From: a virus
Lineage: Duplodnaviria > Caudoviricetes
DNA: 48,966 nucleotides
Virus record (IMG/VR): IMGVR_UViG_3300025392_000867
Span: 1-48,966 of that record
Reading direction: 5' to 3' (one strand)
Made by a program: the position numbers and the translations under genes. Each line of letters opens with the position of its first letter. Position 1 is the stretch's first letter. Below, piece after piece: positions 47,749 to 48,966 of this stretch. Under the pieces are notes generated by a model that was not told where the DNA came from, searched no databases, and was given only the letters and a program-made list of their open reading frames with translations.

Positions 47749-47760
47749 GTGGAGGAGAAA

Positions 47761-47925
47761 ATGAAAACTATAGATTACTCAAAATTGAATGAACGTATTG
47801 TTGAGCAGGCTTATGAAGCTGTTCTTAATAAAGAGCAACTCCAAAAACTTATTCAAGATAAGTTGGAACGTGCTAGACAATATCACGAAGCGTTAGTGAA
47901 ATCACCGACGTTTAGTGTAAACTAG
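47761..47925 (+). CDS. small helical protein (54 aa)
   Basis: GGAGGAG RBS; MKTIDYSKLNERIVEQAYEAVLNKEQLQKLIQDKLERARQYHEALVKSPTFSVN. Confidence 0.7.
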   Translation: MKTIDYSKLNERIVEQAYEAVLNKEQLQKLIQDKLERARQYHEALVKSPTFSVN

Positions 47926-47931
47926 TACACC

Positions 47932-48098
47932 GTGTGAAGATACCAGTAACGAGGACTGGGCCCTGCACGTAAAACATGGGGCGAACGGGCGGCCTATCGG
48001 ATGGAACTCCTCTTCTGGAGCGAAAAATGGTAGCGTATTAAAGCATTCCCGGCCTTAGGGCAAGTGGGTTCATCCATGTAGAGTGCTTTAATACACAC
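47932..48098 (+). ncRNA. candidate multi-stem ncRNA upstream of the tRNA array
   Basis: Stems CCAGT/ACTGG, GCCCTG/TGGGGC, CTCC/GGAG, and 14-bp GTATTAAAGCATTC/GAGTGCTTTAATAC. Confidence 0.55.
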
Positions 48099-48124
48099 TT
48101 TCTCAAAACTACCTGAAATAGTTG

Positions 48125-48153
48125 TTGACATAGTCAAGAGAGAGTGTTATAAT
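48125..48153 (+). promoter_or_regulatory. consensus sigma70 promoter for the tRNA array
   Basis: TTGACA-17 nt-TATAAT with extended -10 TG. Confidence 0.85.
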
Positions 48154-48161
48154 TAAAACTT

Positions 48162-48246
48162 GGATGTGTAGGAAAACTGGTAACCCCAGGAGACTGTAAA
48201 TCTCCCGCCACTGGCACTGTTGGTTCGACTCCAACCGCATCCACCA
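48162..48246 (+). tRNA. tRNA-Tyr(GTA)
   Basis: GGATGTG/CGCATCC-ACCA; GGAGA-CTGTAAA-TCTCC; long variable arm. Confidence 0.92.
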
Positions 48247-48252
48247 ATTTAT

Positions 48253-48328
48253 TCCCTAGTAGCTCAGAGGTAGTAGCACTTGACTGTTAATCAAGGTGTC
48301 GGTGGTTCGATCCCACCCTGGGGAGCCA
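48253..48328 (+). tRNA. tRNA-Asn(GTT)
   Basis: Cloverleaf, CTTGA-CTGTTAA-TCAAG, CCA. Confidence 0.95.
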
Positions 48329-48334
48329 GTCAAT

Positions 48335-48408
48335 CGCGGATTAGAGAAGAGGTATCTCAGGAGTCTCATAAGCTCCAGTCGCTGGTTCGAGTCCAGCATC
48401 CGCAACCA
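48335..48408 (+). tRNA. tRNA-Met(CAT), initiator-like
   Basis: C1xA72 mismatch; GGAGT-CTCATAA-GCTCC. Confidence 0.88.
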
Positions 48409-48412
48409 ATAC

Positions 48413-48487
48413 GGCTTCATAGTATAATGGTTAGTACGGTGGCTTGTCACGCCATTAATAGGAGTTCGATTCTCCTTGGAGCCGCCA
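48413..48487 (+). tRNA. tRNA-Asp(GTC)
   Basis: GTGGC-TTGTCAC-GCCAT; discriminator G; CCA. Confidence 0.93.
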
Positions 48488-48493
48488 TATTTT

Positions 48494-48567
48494 TCCCGGA
48501 TAGTTAAATGGTATAACGGTCGCTTGATAAGCGATTATCGAAAGTTCAATTCTTTCTCTGGGAACCA
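48494..48567 (+). tRNA. tRNA-Ile(GAT)
   Basis: GTCGC-TTGATAA-GCGAT; CCA. Confidence 0.92.
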
Positions 48568-48572
48568 AGTTT

Positions 48573-48627
48573 AGGATGCTAACAGCAACTTACAAATTTT
48601 TTATGGAAAAAAAGTAAATGCATCCTG
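48573..48627 (+). ncRNA. short hairpin element embedded in the tRNA array
   Basis: AGGATGC/GCATCCT closing stem, ACAGCAA internal loop, inner TTAC/GTAA and T6/A6 stems. Confidence 0.5.
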
Positions 48628-48636
48628 TTTAATTAT

Positions 48637-48711
48637 ATCCTGGTAGTTTAATGGTTAGAACGCTGGCCTTTCAAGTCGGTAACACGGGTTCGATTCCCGT
48701 TCAGGATGCCA
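48637..48711 (+). tRNA. tRNA-Glu(TTC)
   Basis: CTGGC-CTTTCAA-GTCGG; CCA. Confidence 0.93.
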
Positions 48712-48719
48712 AACAATTT

Positions 48720-48794
48720 GGGGGCAGTAATGGGTTACGGGTTTGCTTTGCAAGCATACTGTCTAGAAGGGTTCGATTCCCTCGGCCTCCACCA
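48720..48794 (+). tRNA. tRNA-Ala(TGC), atypical
   Basis: G3.U70, loop TTTGCAA, discriminator A, CCA; weak D arm and several mismatches. Confidence 0.8.
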
Positions 48795-48800
48795 AATTAT

Positions 48801-48876
48801 CTCTATGAAGCGTTATCAGGTTGCGTACACGGTTTGGGGCCGTGTGGTCTAGGTTCGAATCCTAGCATGGAGACCA
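48801..48876 (+). tRNA. tRNA-Pro(TGG)
   Basis: CACGG-TTTGGGG-CCGTG; CCA. Confidence 0.9.
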
Positions 48877-48881
48877 AATTT

Positions 48882-48955
48882 GCCCTATTAGTTAAATGGT
48901 AGAACACCTGTTTTGTAATCAGGGGATGGCAGTTCGATTCTGTCATGGGGCACCA
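48882..48955 (+). tRNA. tRNA-Thr(TGT)
   Basis: GCCCTAT/ATGGGGC-ACCA; loop TTTGTAA. Confidence 0.92.
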
Positions 48956-48966
48956 AGTTAAGGATG

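Noticed and set aside
47994-48033. Hammerhead-like core (CGGATGGA...CGAAA)
   Set aside because: Lacks CUGAUGA and a proper stem III/cleavage triplet; kept only as part of the unknown RNA.
48720-48794. Reading this tRNA as Cys(GCA)
   Set aside because: The 7-nt loop centres on TGC, and G3.U70 plus A73 indicate Ala.
48256-48902. ORFs 48256..48450, 48280..48507, 48651..48902
   Set aside because: They overlap tRNA genes.
1-48966. CRISPR array, integrase/transposase, introns or inteins in nrdAB, stop-codon reassignment
   Set aside because: No repeat-spacer array or mobile-element genes seen; nrdA/nrdB are uninterrupted and normal length; genes read through in the standard code with TAA, TAG and TGA all used as stops.

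Overview
A 49-kb segment of a large lytic, T4-like/jumbo-type tailed phage genome. The host is probably a Betaproteobacterium (inferred from the DnaK, PBP7-like and DesA-like genes). More than 20 intergenic TAAATA late-promoter boxes coexist with near-perfect sigma70 promoters. Gene content: putative virion and internal-head proteins, a tail fibre, PAAR, nrdAB-glutaredoxin, nucleases, cell-wall enzymes, bS21, DnaK/Hsp20/ClpS, heme oxygenase-PcyX, a curli-like block (CsgF, CsgG, two curlin-repeat proteins, FecR) near a CHASE2 cyclase, RimK, a desaturase, rubrerythrin-rubredoxin, a permuted two-piece tmRNA and the start of a tRNA array (9 tRNAs). Signals not explained by the ORF track: (1) a 50-codon leader ORF covering all 20 amino acids and 31 of 32 codon classes, overlapping a mutually exclusive antiterminator/terminator upstream of the tRNA region, a candidate sensor of the whole tRNA pool; (2) two identical TC-A9-G slippery sites, each opening a long -1 frame; (3) two very basic micropeptides transcribed in front of the tmRNA; (4) ROSE-like thermometers on dnaK and hsp20; (5) several unannotated structured RNAs. 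All family calls are by eye from motifs; no searches were run.
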